A DNA stretch of 54,890 nucleotides, filler included, from Sphacelaria rigidula (GCA_964200075.2; 4 parts of 4 records of this genome joined end to end with filler, not necessarily neighbours in it), one strand, 5' to 3'; counted from the whole stretch's first letter, positions 21,301 through 33,677 are shown. The notes: generated by a model from the letters alone, not told the origin. Made by a program: numbers and translations.

Positions 21301-24280
21301 GTGTGGATCTCGAGATGCTGTTTTTTTAACGACATAGGGTTGAGTTTTTGTAGCTTTCACGCAAAACTATTCACGGTTCGGACGAATCATCGCCGGTTCA
21401 AATCAACAAACCCACGGGTTTTCAGGTCTGATTGCCCAAGAAAGAGAACAAAGTTGACCGCTGGTCAAAAAGACCTCCACGCAATTTCTGCGTCATTCCA
21501 CGTGCCTGGGCTGCGCGTACCTGGGTTGCAACGCCGAAAAACAAATTCTAAGGATTGATTCGTACGGTACGAATCAATCACCCTAAAATCAAGTAATTTC
21601 GAGGCGAATCACCATTTCGCCCGACCCTTAAAGTTGTTAGCCCGAGGCGTTTTTCAGACCAGTATAGAAATGTGCCCCAGGGCAGCTCGGGACTCAGTAT
21701 ATAGAAACTAGGCAGGTGGTGCCGGTTTTTGTTTGTGTAAAGTTGAGGCAGGCAAGTGCTGATTTTGGCTGTGTGCACAAAGTTGAACACACTCGACTCG
21801 TTGCGTCACCTCACTGGACAAACGTAATCCGACCGCACCGGGGTGACATTATGGCTGCGCGTATGATGTGTCCTAGTGGATTCTTTCGTGGCCTTCTGCC
21901 GTAAAAATGATTGCCGTCGGTCTTTTCCGTTCCCACCTTCTTTGTCAAGGCTTGAAATAATGAGGCGTCTATGCCGGGGATCGCAGAGGAGGGTTCCTTA
22001 AGGGTCAAGGACGGAGTTAGACTTTGAAAAATTGCGCAGCTGTACTGTGGGTCATTACGAAACATTTTAAGGAAGGGGGTTTTCGTTTTTATTTTATTTT
22101 TTCATTCATCATCGGGGGTTCCGGAACGGCATGTGACACACCCAGATCCCCCCAAACCCTGAGACCCCCGATAACCGAGGAAATAATAAAATCATAAACC
22201 GCATCCTTACTAAATTTTGTCATGATCGAAAGTATATATGTGCAATTTTTCAGAGTCTAATTTCAGAAAGCAGCGTGAGGTTTCGCGGATGAGTGCATTT
22301 GTTGTGTTGACGATGAACCAGTCTGTACTGGCCCTCTCCCCGAATCCCCTGCCTTGTTTCTATTGGCCAGCCTGCATGTCCTTGGAGCGCTGCGGCTTCG
22401 TCGATTAACTTCGAGTCGGGTCATTTGCGGACCAGTTCGTGGCCCAATATATGTGGAGGCCTGCAAAGACTGCGTCATCGTGGCTGCAGGCCGACAGGTT
22501 TGTGCAGCAGATGACGCAGATACTCACAACGTTTTTTCGCACAGCTCTCGCGACTGTGGAGCTACTTTTCCTCGAGAGTTTACAATGCAACGGTTACACA
22601 GCACCAATTTAATCAGGAAGCAGTATGAAGGACCGGAAGGTGAGCTTGCGATGACTAGCACCATGCCCTTGATCATAATTGTATTCTGTAGTTAGTTCCC
22701 GCTTCTAACCGATGGTTGCCTGTGGTACGCCACCGCCTGGTTACCGTACTCGTGCCCAGCTGCGGATACACGACAGCGAACGTGTGGACTTTTACGTGTT
22801 GGTAGCCAGCGGGCCCATAATTGAAGACTGCACAGCTCTTCGCTTCGCACCATCGGGGCTACAGTATACCGCTCACGAGGGACAGCTTCAGGCGAGTTCA
22901 ACACAAAACACGCAAGTGTGCGTTATTTACTTTCGCTAGAGAAGTCAGCATTAGAAGTTTTCAGAATTCGTAGTTGTTGTAGTTCTCGAGTTTTTCTCGA
23001 GTGTTACTCTTCATTACTACTTGAAAGTGCTGGCGCCGGTAGATTTAGGGGAAAGCGTAGGCCGCGCTCAAATTGCAGTGCCCAAGTTGGTGTTTTTGGG
23101 GCGATACGGACTAGATGTCCCGTTTATCAGGAGGGCGATATTGACCATTTTTGGTCCAAGAAAAACAATTGTCCGGCTCTTCCGCAAGGGAACGGTAAAT
23201 ATTCAAATAAACGAATACTTCAGCGAAGTACGTATACGGTTCTTCACAACAACGATTGAGATCATGTTTGCCTCCTATCCTGCACAGACCTCAGTCAAGC
23301 ATTTTCTGCGGATGGCTTCTTTTCGTTTTTTTCGCATAACATTTCCCATGGGCACTCAAAAGGGCTGGCGTCGATAATTTTGGCAAAATAAGCAGACCGT
23401 GCTCAAATCACAATGCCCAAGTTGGTGTTGTGGGGGCGATACGGAGTAAAGACCCCGTTTATGAGGAGGGGGTTATTGACCGTGAATGGTCCAAGTAACA
23501 TAGTTTTCCGGCTTGAGCGCAGTGAATAGGTGGAATTAAAAAATAATCCTTCTTGAGTCTTCACTTAAATGATCGGGATCGAGTCGGTCCACCGAAAATA
23601 CAGAAAAGCTAAAACCTGGGGTTGCACTTTCGCAGGACCCCCGAAGATCGGTCAAGTCTGTAAGTCACTCAATATTGATCGCCGATATACTTCCTCACAG
23701 TATTTGTCGAAAGGATAAAAATACCTTCAGATGCCTATTTTTTGGCATCCAACAGTCACTGTGATGAGCGGTGGCAAGCGGAACAATTTTTAAAAATCTT
23801 CGAGAAACTAAGAAATTACGAATTCTTCATACTTGTGACGCTGACTACTGTAGATACGTGCAGCAACGCTAGTCGCAAGTCGGGTCAAAAGCGTTGATCC
23901 CTCCTCAACTCATGCGCAATCACAGGTGACCGGTACCGGGTCATGTATTGTAAGACTCTTGTGCGTGGGATGTACGGTCCTGCAGCAGCAGCTATAACGG
24001 CAATGCGCCACGCTGACACAACCCGAAACTGCCACTTCACGTGCTTTCGCCATTACGGCTATGCCATTCAATCCAACGTTGACCCTCCTGCACGCTCACT
24101 GCTATCTCACGCGCGCTGTGTGTGCAGGAGGCTGGGCTCTCAGAGGTGGTCAACGCGTGGGAGGATGTGAAGGATTTCAAATGGCACCGGGCGCAAAAAT
24201 CGCCCAATTGGGAAACCATCCCAGAGTCGAGCAGAGAAAGTGATCACCTGTCACCACAGTACCATCGATGCGCAAGCTGA
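15394..24280 (+). CDS. TBCC: Tubulin-specific chaperone C (tubulin-binding cofactor C); first exon(s) not found
   Basis: Exons 15394-15470, 19296-19519, 19953-20121, 20801-20930, 22371-22497, 22760-22891, 24128-24280 splice in frame. Motifs: NPAES..FMETFDREI; AEATLFLSAYDTRRA; EIAPRKRFSF; GPVRGPIYVEACKDCVIVAAGRQLRIHDSERVDFYVLVASGPIIEDC; NAWEDVKDFKWHRAQKSPNW; stop TGA at 24278-24280. Confidence 0.93.
16053..16355. mobile_element. ~300-bp MITE with ~40-bp TIRs and TTAA at both ends (piggyBac-like)
   Basis: TTAA-CCGGCGTTGGGCTACAAACGTCCATGATTGGCACATT ... AATGTGTCAACCATGAACATTTGTAGCCCAAGGCCGG-TTAA; lies in a TBCC intron. Confidence 0.75.
17171..17383 (+). repeat. Dispersed ~210-bp repeat (family C), three copies in contig 2
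   Basis: CGTTGCAACCCCAGGTACGCGCAGCCC..CACGTGGAATGGCGCAAAA..GACCAGCGGTCAACTTTT..GATGATTCGTCCGAACCGTG. Partial copy at 13750-13900 (+) and inverted copy at 21368-21577. Confidence 0.8.
18027..18280. repeat. Degenerate 42-bp tandem repeat with palindromic core
   Basis: Units at ~18027, 18069, 18111, 18153, 18195, 18237 with core GTGATTCAT-ACGGC-ATGAATCAC. Related remnants at ~18825-18900. Confidence 0.7.
21368..21577 (-). repeat. Inverted copy of dispersed repeat family C
   Basis: Reverse complement of 17171-17383 (CACGGTTCGGACGAATCATCGCCGGTTC..AAAGTTGACCGCTGGTC..CTGCGCGTACCTGGGTTGCAACG). Confidence 0.8.
22943..23846. mobile_element. ~900-bp non-autonomous TIR element with an internal direct duplication
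   Basis: Left end AGTCAGCATTAGAAGTTTTCAGAATTCGTAGTT vs reverse complement of right end AGTCAGCGTCACAAGTATGAAGAATTCGTAATT. Internal ~100-bp block duplicated at 23066 and 23401. Confidence 0.6.
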
Positions 24281-25715
24281 AGTGGGCTTATTTTGTACAA
24301 GGATGTCGAATAAATGACAATAGGAGTGATAGGGGAATCTCGAACGCGCCTTGTTGTCAGTCCGTTTGTGCGAAATGCAAAGTGCTGAGATGCGAGAGAA
24401 ATGTGATCGAGTTGTATGGGTAACGCCGAGGGCGCCGGAAAATGACGAATATGATGGCCTAAGATGTGGTTCGCCTCTTGAGTCGGTGCAGAGCGTTGTA
24501 CCCGAATAAGTTGACCGATCACGGGAAACAGCTGCCCTTGCGTAGACGAAATGATGTCGGATCGAAGCGATGGTCATGGCAGGCCTTGCATCAAATTTAC
24601 GGGAATCATAAAGGTTCAGTGTAGAATGCTAGCGAACTTGGCCAGCCAGCATTGAACAACGTTCGTGAGATTGAGAGTAAAGCGCTGATTGAGAATGGCT
24701 TTGATCATCTGCTTTAACTTGGCCAATTTTTCATTCCGTGTGTGCTTTTCTTTGCCTTCATCACTGGCGTGTGTATACAGCTAAACCTCGATATCCTACT
24801 CGGGGATATCAAGGGCCTCAGTGGCAAGCTACTACAGAAAGCATATTGGGTCTCGTGGAGGGGCATTTCGGAACTGAAATGATCCATTCACTATTTGACG
24901 GCTTGGCACTATCATATCTCTCGAAAACATTGTTTTTGGTGTTCGTGGAGGGCTTATTTATGATGGTGCGCGATGGAAGTTGAATAAGATGAGTTCAAAG
25001 CATGGGGATAGCGGCGAGTGTCCATGATCCTCCCGAATGCAGGTGTGGTATGTGCGCAAGACCTACACTGGTTCGAGGTACAGCTGTTTCCCCAGCAACT
25101 CTACACATGGGTTGTCATCATCACCCGGCTAGCATCTCCTGATCAATAGCAAGGATTTTGACATGAGCAGCGTTGCACTCGCGTCACCGTGTCTCTGAAC
25201 CCGTCCGAAGATGGTTCCATGATATCTTCTCCTTGCCACCCGGCACTAAAATAGTCCTGTGCGGTTTTGTTCAGCAGAGCCAGTCATGGGCGTTTCTTCG
25301 TCATGTCGAGAGCCTACGGTCGGTGCCATAAGCACCGCATTCTGGAAAGCTACGTTCCTGTTCCGAAAATTAGTTCCATGTAGAGCAGGTCGGTGATGCG
25401 TGCCCCTCGGAGCCCCGCGAAGGCCCCGCCGGAGGCGAAAAATAGGGGATCTTTAAGGGCGCAGCGCGGAGAATTTTTTCGGATATGTAGCCCCCCCCCC
25501 CATCCCGGAGGGCATTTTTTTCGAGAATTGCCATGATTTTTTTTGTCAACTTTATCGAAGGAAATTGATCAATAAACAATGACAAACACCGAAAAGTCTG
25601 GTGGGCTTTGCGGGGTTCGTATATCTGCTTCTGCTCCTTGCCCGCTCTGTCCCGATGACCCCAGATGCCGAAGGGCATTTCTTTCAAGGGTCTACATGTT
25701 GCACGGGCGACAGAG

Positions 25716-26410
25716 TTACACGTTACGTCCACCTTACGTTTTGGCCGAAACGTAACGTGAACGTTGGAAAAAAAAATACGTCATGAACGCAACGTGAAAA
25801 ATTCAACGTGACATGCGTAACAACACGTGATTTTACGAATTTGGGATGAGAACCCGGAGAACTAAAATCTTCGTATCCACACCAAATCTTCGAAACATGC
25901 TTCCATTTTTTCACTTGTCGGTAGCTATTGACAACTACTACACGCCATACAAAGTTCGATTTCGATAACCGAAGTGTCGGGGTCCTAGGTGAACAACCAA
26001 TTGGTGGGGTACAAAGTTGGATTTGGGGGGATTTAGGTGATCCGATCGGACTCCAAAATTGGTTGTTAACCTAGGACCCCCCCATTTCGGTTATCGAAAT
26101 CCAACTTTGTATGGCGTGTAGTAGTTGTTAATAGCTACCAGTAAGCGAAGAAATGGAAGCATGTTTCGAAGATTTAGTGTGTATACGAAGATTTCAATTC
26201 CCCGGGTTCTCATCCCCAATAAATAATCCATTCTCAATTTGTAAAATCCCGTGTTCAACGTCACGTGAACGTTAAATTGCCCAAACGTCCAAATAATGAA
26301 ATATGAAACGTTTCATGTGACATGCAACGTCTATTACACGTTACACGCTACACGTAACGTTTCATGTTACGTTACACGTTACATGAAACGTCATAAGCGT
26401 CACATGAAGC
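25716..26410. mobile_element. Foldback/palindromic element
   Basis: Arms 25841-26002 and 26057-26219 are highly similar inverted repeats around a ~54-bp spacer, flanked on both sides by ACACGTTAC/GTAACGTG-type short repeats. Confidence 0.75.
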
Positions 26411-27398
26411 GGTGAAACCTCAAGCTTGCAATGAATTTCAAAATCCTACAAGATTGTGCTTCAATTAACACGAGTGACTTCCAATTCCAATTTCACAACG
26501 TGACGTTGGTCTCTGCTGTGGGTAAAAATTCGACTGGCCGGTTTTTCGCAACTCCGTTGTTGCGACCTGATTTTTGCGACATTTGTTAAGCTAGGTTTTT
26601 CCACTCTAAAACCCCCATCGATTTCGGTTTTTCGGGGATAACTTGCCAAGCAGAAACTGAACGCATCTCGCTCCAAGGGGCACCCAGACACGCAGCAGTT
26701 GCTGCTGCCTACCTAGTATCTATCATCCTCCAAATCGAAGACTTGAGTGAGAACCCCCAGCGTTTGGTGCCCATGTACAAGGACGGTCTACATGTAGTAT
26801 CATGCTCCAAAACCTACCCGACAAGGGGGCAACATCCCCGTACAGACAGCTCTAATGCTAGCAGATCCTACGTTCTGACAGCCTGGCAGCTGGCAAGGTG
26901 GTTACGGTAATTTCCTTCTAGCAACATCAACTCACGGTGCACTGGAGCAGAGTTTGCAGGTGGATATTTCGGCGATTGCCACACGTGCAGTTCGCGCAGA
27001 TGTTGCATAGTTTTTTCACGATTTCACTGAGTAACATTACATACATGTACAGGTGGAAATGGACCAGACCCTCCGTTACATGATAAATCGAGATGTACCA
27101 GACCCTGCATTATATTTGAAAATGTACCCAACCGTGGACTTGAGATTTCTACGGTCAGTACGAACACGTTGTTGAAAGTGCACTGCGCAAAGTCAGGGTG
27201 TTGTATGTCTATTAACGTTCTCCACAATGAGCGACGACTTGAGTGCTCGCCCTACTGATTTTCACGGCCAACGAGCAGTTGTTTTCTCCTTCATTTCCAT
27301 GTAGGGGAGGGAGGGAGCCCCCCCCCCCCCCCCCCCCCCCCCCCCACCGAGCGCGGAGGGGAAGTGGGGAAGCCCCGTTTTTCCGCGGGGAGGGGGGG

Positions 27399-27498
27399 NN
27401 NNNNNNNNNNNNNNNNNNNNNNNNNNNNNNNNNNNNNNNNNNTTAATTAATTAANNNNNNNNNNNNNNNNNNNNNNNNNNNNNNNNNNNNNNNNNNNN
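27399..27498. other. Artificial contig-joining linker
   Basis: N44-TTAATTAATTAA-N44. Confidence 0.98.
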
Positions 27499-30384
27499 TG
27501 GGATCTTTACTGCCAACGTGAACGTTCCTGCTCTTATCGAGCCTTCAACTTTTGCAGACATGGCTCCATCCCAAATCTTTGCGTGCTTCGATTGCCGGGC
27601 TTCTTGATAGCTACCAGGCTCTGACGCAACATTCTGAACGAGTTTGCGCACGAGTTCTATCTTCTCTTACTTCATCATTCTCAGGCGCATCAGTATTAAA
27701 ATTAGCAAGCGACATGCCGCGGACGACGAGCGGCTGAAGGAGGTGCCTCCGCCTCTACCTTCTGCCCTCCCGGCCCAATCGACTCTACATCACCATGCCC
27801 TCCCGGCCCAATCGACTTTACCTCATCATCCCCTCCCGGATCCGCCGTCTCTACTTCCCCTGTTTCCAGCCCCCCCTGCCCCCCCCCCCCACTTTTATCT
27901 CAAGTGCTAGAGAAGACACAGAGGGAGCTGTTATACTAGAGAAGTTGTTTACGGGCGAAAACGCTACAGAGGGGGAAGGTGGAACAGAAGGGGACTGGCC
28001 TACACTGCCTGCATCAACACTGCCAACCTCATCGAATCCTGCACCATGGGGTAACACTGCGTCACGATTCACACGAATACGAATGTGTTGAATTCCCCTT
28101 CCTGCAAGCGGCCATACTTCAGCTTCTACATCGTCGTCACTTTCCTCCCCTCCCTCTTCCGCGGTCTCAATCGGCAGAGGAGGTTGCGGTGCAGGGAGCT
28201 GTGACGGCAACGCCTGCCACGTCACATCTCTCGTTTCCTGAATAGTCCCAGCCCTCGTAAGTACTCTGTGATAATCACGCGGGTGGTCTCTCGAAGGACC
28301 GACATAAAAGCAAGTCTCACCTTTCGGTAGCAGCTTAGACGATCGCTACCACCTGCAGTAAGCCGGCTTCAAAAACGGATAAGGTCTAGCAGGACGAGGT
28401 TCTCCATACCATATCTCATACAACGACTTGGAATCAGGGTTAGCAGAGCACGCTGCGTGGTTGAGTGCCTCACAAGCCCAGCGCATTACCACAGCCCAGA
28501 GTCTGTCAGTCTTGGATAATTGCACATGCCCAAACAGAACTTTCGCCTGAATACAAGCCGCCATAGCGGCCTCCTCAATCAATCCCAATCCACGCACTGC
28601 AACACCGTTATATTGGGGACTGTAAGCCGGAACTCTTGTTTGATCAAAAGCTCATTGCACATAAATGCAAACTCCCCCCCGAAAGGCCCCCCATCCACTG
28701 TCAGATCTAGAAATCTCAACCAATGATGGGATTCCACCAGCACGCACACTAGTAAGAAAACTTCGGAAAGCACTCCCAGCGTCTGATTTATTTATCAGGA
28801 AATACATCCATGCACGCCTTGTGAAATCATCCTTCACAGCCATGGGGTATCGTTTACCACCTACGGATGCAACGTCCTTCCTCCCTCCCAGGTCAACAAA
28901 AACTCTGCCCAACTTTTTATCCGATCTGCGTTTAGTTTCATGAGCAATTCCTTTCCTACGACATCGAACATCCCGTACAAGCATGCATGTCACCGGTCAG
29001 CTCGGTATCTAGCCGTTTTACAGTAGTACGACGTAATCCCTCGTGTAAATGAGCATAAATATTATGGAACTCGTTCACACCCATCTTCTTTTCATGCTTG
29101 GGGTTCGGAGGAGTGAGGGCAGCCAAACACCGAACCAACAGAGTCATCTCCCAGATGATACGCAGTCGCAATTAGCATGCCATCGAAGTTCTGAAAAGTA
29201 ACATGTCCGTCGTAAGCAGTCATCACACCATCAGGATCACCAAGGCCATTCCAAGACTTGCCATCAAACTCTGCGTTGGGGGGAAAGAGGTTATACCCTA
29301 AGTTGGGAGAGTACAACACGTTCTCCAACTCTACGGAAAACTCGCTGTCAGCAATTACAAACACCAACTCCAGAGTTCCAGAGAGTGCTACCTCATAAGT
29401 CACTCCACCAATCCCGTTCACGTTCTTGTGGCGAAGCTTTACATCCTTCATACAAGAGAGAGAATCAGTCATGTGGAAAGCAGTACCCGTGTCTGCATAC
29501 CAACCTTCGACACACCTATCCTTCCTTACAAGAGAAGAGAATTCACGAACAGCATCATCACTGTACACGCACTCACGCAGCATGGCATCGTATAATGTTA
29601 CCAGACACGCCAGATCACTAGAGTTGTTCAAGCTGGTTTGAGAGAGCAACACCAAAGTAGACCTCTTACCGTTCTCATCCTCGGCATTCTCGGATTCTCC
29701 GGTCTGGGTAGGATTAGCGATCACGCGAGCCAGGCAGTCCTTCCTCTAGTGACCCTTCTCTCTATGAACGATGGATCATTCGGACAGAACACCACAAGAG
29801 TTTCACGCAAAATCTTGTACTTGTGCGACAGTCCCTCAAGCATCAGGTTGCACACCTCTCTGTCATATTTCTTGACTTCAAGATATCTACCATCAAGGAT
29901 CCGCATGAAACAGTACGGCACCCAGCGTTATTGCTGGGGCCCTTTAAACCGGAACCTAATGCACCGCTATTTTGCTACAATCAAAACCCAGAACGAAACA
30001 AGCAGCTAGATTACTGGCTGTATACATTTTTAACAACAGTATCATGTTGGTAAGTCGAAATCAATGCCTGCAATCGGAATACAAGCGTCAGAAACAAACG
30101 CCTCATACAGATTGTTATATCGGGCACTCAACAGAAAGTTCTGCAACTATGAGGGATACGACACGTCGTTACCGTCAGAAAACAGGAGCATTGGGAACTT
30201 TAAAAAGACCCCTACCCAACCTTCCTGTATCACAAATGTTAGCCCCAGGAATTAGATTCCACTGGCTACGTTTTCCCACCACTTACTCGACGGAGAAGGA
30301 GCGGGCGGAACAGAGGACTGACCTAAAGCCCCACCTACAGTCCCGATCGAACCAAAGTTTACTGCAGCAACAGAGGAACGATTT

Positions 30385-30625
30385 AAAGAAGATACATGTG
30401 GATTCAAGCCTGAGTCTGCCAGACTGCTACTCCCAACCCACATGCTAGACACGCCTAAGCCTTGGGCATCGCCACCCATACCTCCCGCGGTCCCACCAGT
30501 ACCGAATTACAGTAGATACATATGGATTCAAGCCTGAGTCTACAAGACTGGTACTCCCAACCCACATGCTGGACACGCCTAAGCCTTGGGCATCGCCACC
30601 CGTACTTCCCGCGGTCCCACCAGTA
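30385..30625. repeat. ~123-bp tandem duplication inside copia gag
   Basis: TGGATTCAAGCCTGAGTCT..CTCCCAACCCACATGCT.GACACGCCTAAGCCTTGGGCATCGCCACCC..CCCGCGGTCCCACCAGTA occurs twice (GGDAQGLGVSSMWVGS..DSGLNP x2). Confidence 0.9.
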
Positions 30626-30935
30626 GCATCGTCAGAAAGATGCATACTAGTCTCTGGCCCGCTGCCTCCCGGCGCGACAGCTACAAAACCAGAGGACCCC
30701 ACTTTCTCTCCCTGTTGCTCAACTAGCGACGATACTACAGTCGCAAGCTGAGACAATTGTGTCTCTATGGAACGAATCCTCTCACCAATTTCCTGCGATC
30801 CAACCTCAGCTGGGTCAACCGCAAGATCTTTGTTCGCCAGTTCAGCCATGATGAGGCAGGTTGATCAAGCCTCCCTCAATAGTCTCATGCACGGTCCAGG
30901 GGGACGAAGCAACAGTCGACTGATGCGCTATAGCG

Positions 30936-31209
30936 TGTTGATAAACTCGTGACTTTTGGAGAAAAAATGTATTGTTGTATTATTGAGACCTTGGTCCGCA
31001 GAGACGGGCCGGGAAAGTGGAGTGAGCAAGGTAGGCTAGCTCTCGTCATCTACATCTCAGAGACTCTAGAAACCACACGGTTCCAGCAATGGAACTCGGA
31101 CCAACGCACTTCATTACGTACCGCAAAAAACTCGGGTTGTTCCCCGCACCGCAAGTACCATGCTCAGATTAATGCAGTATCCACAAAGAGTATTCCTACA
31201 TAACCAACA
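30936..31209 (-). repeat. Putative 5' LTR of the copia element (~274 bp)
   Basis: Bounded by TGTTG (30936) and CAACA (31209), just upstream of gag. The second LTR is not in the window, so the boundaries are unconfirmed. Confidence 0.6.
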
Positions 31210-31399
31210 GAAAGGACCGCGAACGTTCTTCGCAATTCTCAAATATACGATACTACAGCAGCTATCACGAACAATGTTTTCACCTATTTAAATTTTTTTC
31301 TTGTTCCGATTGGGAATTATCAACCACTCGTTGAGTGAAAACATAATATGCAGCCTTCTCGAAAGAAACACCAAGCATGACGTAAATCTATCCTATCGT

Positions 31400-31790
31400 A
31401 GCTTGCACAACACCTCTACGGCAAGGACACAAAGTATGTCCACCCCAGGAAACCCCCAACTTCCCTTCTTTTGTGCATGGTGACACACCCAATGAAGCGG
31501 TGCAACCCGTCGTTGTCTCTGGAGGTAGCGATACCAGAAATACGAAGTACGTAATTCCAGGCTGCCATCTATATGCAAAAAAACTAGTCGGCTTCAGGCC
31601 GAACAATCTTAGCAGGATGCAGCTCACCCCCCATGAGCGTCGCCGCACACATCACTTCTTCTCGTGTTCGGTGATTGAGTACGAGCCTGGTCCGGCGGAA
31701 AACCCGGCGTGCTCCGTCCCGGCTTCGTAGAGATGCGATATCAATATTCTCCTTGTGACTATGGCATGCAAGCTCATGAGTACGCCCCCC
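31400..31790 (+). mobile_element. LINE-like 3' fragment (family B)
   Basis: Ends in GAGCCTGGTCCGGCGGAAAACCCGGCGTGCTCCGTCCCGGCTT..GACTATGGCATGCAAGCTCATGAGTAC, shared with 34195-34290. The 5' limit is approximate. Confidence 0.65.
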
Positions 31791-31829
31791 TTCCTGCATG
31801 TCGTCTGTCCTCGATCGAACGTTTGGCAG

Positions 31830-32221
31830 ATTCTTTTGGAAAGCGGCGCGAATCCCCTGGAGGAAGACAATCGGACTCGCACTCCCGTGGAGGCAGCTGG
31901 CAGAAAATTCCGGTTAGATTTCAGTTTCGTGAACGTCGTTTATTCGAGAGACATATCCATGGCATTCAGTCAACATCCGTTCGAGGTCACAGAAGCAGCA
32001 GAATCATTGCCAAGCAACCTCGGAGTATTTGTCAGTCTGTTTCTTCTTTACCCCACCACCGTATCATCAGTGCTTGTACCTCGCTCCTGCAGAGCTCCTG
32101 GATGAGTCCCGGCTAGTATAGTGTGACCTCCAGATAGCTGAGTCGCAGCCTGTTCCCACGACCTTGCTCATTTTTTTTTGTTTTGATTTGTTTTTGAACC
32201 GAGTAGAGTCATGTCGCGACG

Positions 32222-32274
<53 letters not shown>

Positions 32275-33677
32275 CCAACCACAACACACAAAACCATACC
32301 CACAACACCCAACACAANNNNNNNNNNGTCCCCGCGCCGTGGCCCTTTTTTTTTTTTTGGCGTTTGTTTTTAAGCCGGTTAGACTCTCTCCGGCAGGCCC
32401 CCCCCCCCGCCCCCCCGAACCAGCCTCAAAACTGTCACGAAAAAAATGCTCATACAGCACATGATAGGTTTAAGACAGCATGAAGCGCCTCATATGGGCG
32501 ACATTAGCAGAAACAATCCCGAGCTTGGGAGTTCCCAGCTCCTCGGTGTGCTCGGCTTTTGTCACTTGGATTAACAGAAGGATTTTTTGCCTCCTCAACC
32601 AACCACTTTTCTGAGGGGGGTCTAGCGCGGCATCAGGCAACACATCCTTACCCTCAGCTATCCCGCAGGGGCCTGCCGAGTTGCCCCCTTCCCCCGGGCC
32701 CGTATTTGATTTAAGCCTAGTATTTCCCCCCTTTTTTCTCTCATATTTTTGTCTCTCTCGTTTTCTCCCCCCAAGTCAGTTTCACACGTTTCTTCCTTTT
32801 TCATCTTTCCCCCTGCTCGAGTTTCCTTAAGCCGGTGTTTCCACCATTTCACCTTGGGTATACGCCCTCCTAGTAACCAAGACTGGGTCTGTGGCGGGTC
32901 GATGAACATGTTGTAACAGTCCGACAACCAATCGATCAATCAGCCAAGCTTCGGGCAGCGAAGATTTATTTTGGGCTCTACTCCAAAAGCGTTCATTCGT
33001 ACATCAAAATCAAGCCACGAGACGTTCGCATTGGTCGGATGAGTTGACTGTTGTTAATGCTTGCATTGGCCTTCATCCGGGCCCGGATGAGTCCTGTCTC
33101 CGCTTTTTCCCCATCAGCATCATTTGCAACGGGCAGAGTTCTTGCCTCTCAGCATCTTCTGCAGCGTGGGTTTTTTCATGCTTCGATTTTCATTCATGAC
33201 TGGTGGTTACTGTGCCCATGCTTCGGTCTCTAGCAACACATGAAAAATCGCTGCCTGTGGTAACCCCGAAAAGATATCTCCGGTCAAAGTCACGTGTCGC
33301 ATTCTTCACGCCACCACATTGCGACCCTCCCGTGTCGCACGTTGCACAACTACCTTCACTGCTACTGCTACTGCCCGTTCTACAGGAGTGCAATGGCCCA
33401 AGTGTTCAAGCAGCACCTGTCTCAGGCGGAGCTCTTGCAGCTACTCGCGCGGATCACTGCCAAAAGGACTGTGACCCGACTCATGCAACAGTTCGAGGCT
33501 GTTTGCGATGTCTGTCGTGTTCGCCCAGCGTCCAAGTGCGCCGCTCAGAAACGGGAGAGCTTCGCCACGTGGCTCTTCGCCCACAACCGCCTCCCGAAAG
33601 CGGGAGAGGGGGTGTGGGGTAATGTCCGACCCTCCTGTGTCGAAAAAATAACAATTGATGGAATGAAAGCGAGATGA
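31830..33677 (+). CDS. Last two exons of a probable ankyrin-repeat protein
   Basis: CAG|31830-31912|GTTAG encodes ILLESGANPLEEDNRTRTPVEAAGRKF (ankyrin-like LLxxGAxxxxxDxxxxTPxxxA). It joins in phase 2 to TACAG|33386-33677 (RSAMAQVFKQHLSQAELLQLLARI...MKAR*). Confidence 0.65.

Larger units (their letters stand above)
27499..31209 (-). mobile_element. Degenerate Ty1/copia LTR retrotransposon (5' LTR, gag, protease, integrase, start of RT; truncated by contig end)
   Basis: gag start MAELANK at 30849. Protease WYADTGTAFHMTD. GAG-pre-integrase FHNIYAHLHEGLRRTT..HACTGCSM. Integrase GRVFVDLGG..GGKRYPMAVKDDFTRRAWMYFL and LWAVVMRWACEALNHAACSANPDSKSLYEIWYG. RT lead-in EPGSYQEARQSKHAKIWDGAM. Copia domain order (IN before RT), with many frameshifts and stops. 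Confidence 0.93.

Noticed and set aside
24300-25300. Possible decayed gypsy RT (HILGHHI) downstream of TBCC
   Set aside because: A single weak motif only; equally consistent with a long 3' UTR.
32164-32483. Poly-Pro/poly-Gly ORFs (also ~9019-9516 and ~39190-39349)
   Set aside because: They arise from intronic poly-C/G homopolymers next to 10-N gaps, with low-quality flanking sequence.
32520-32700. Possible retroelement 5' region with an HDV-like ribozyme (GCCTCCTC)
   Set aside because: The P1/P3 pairings could not be built by eye; it would need a covariance-model search.
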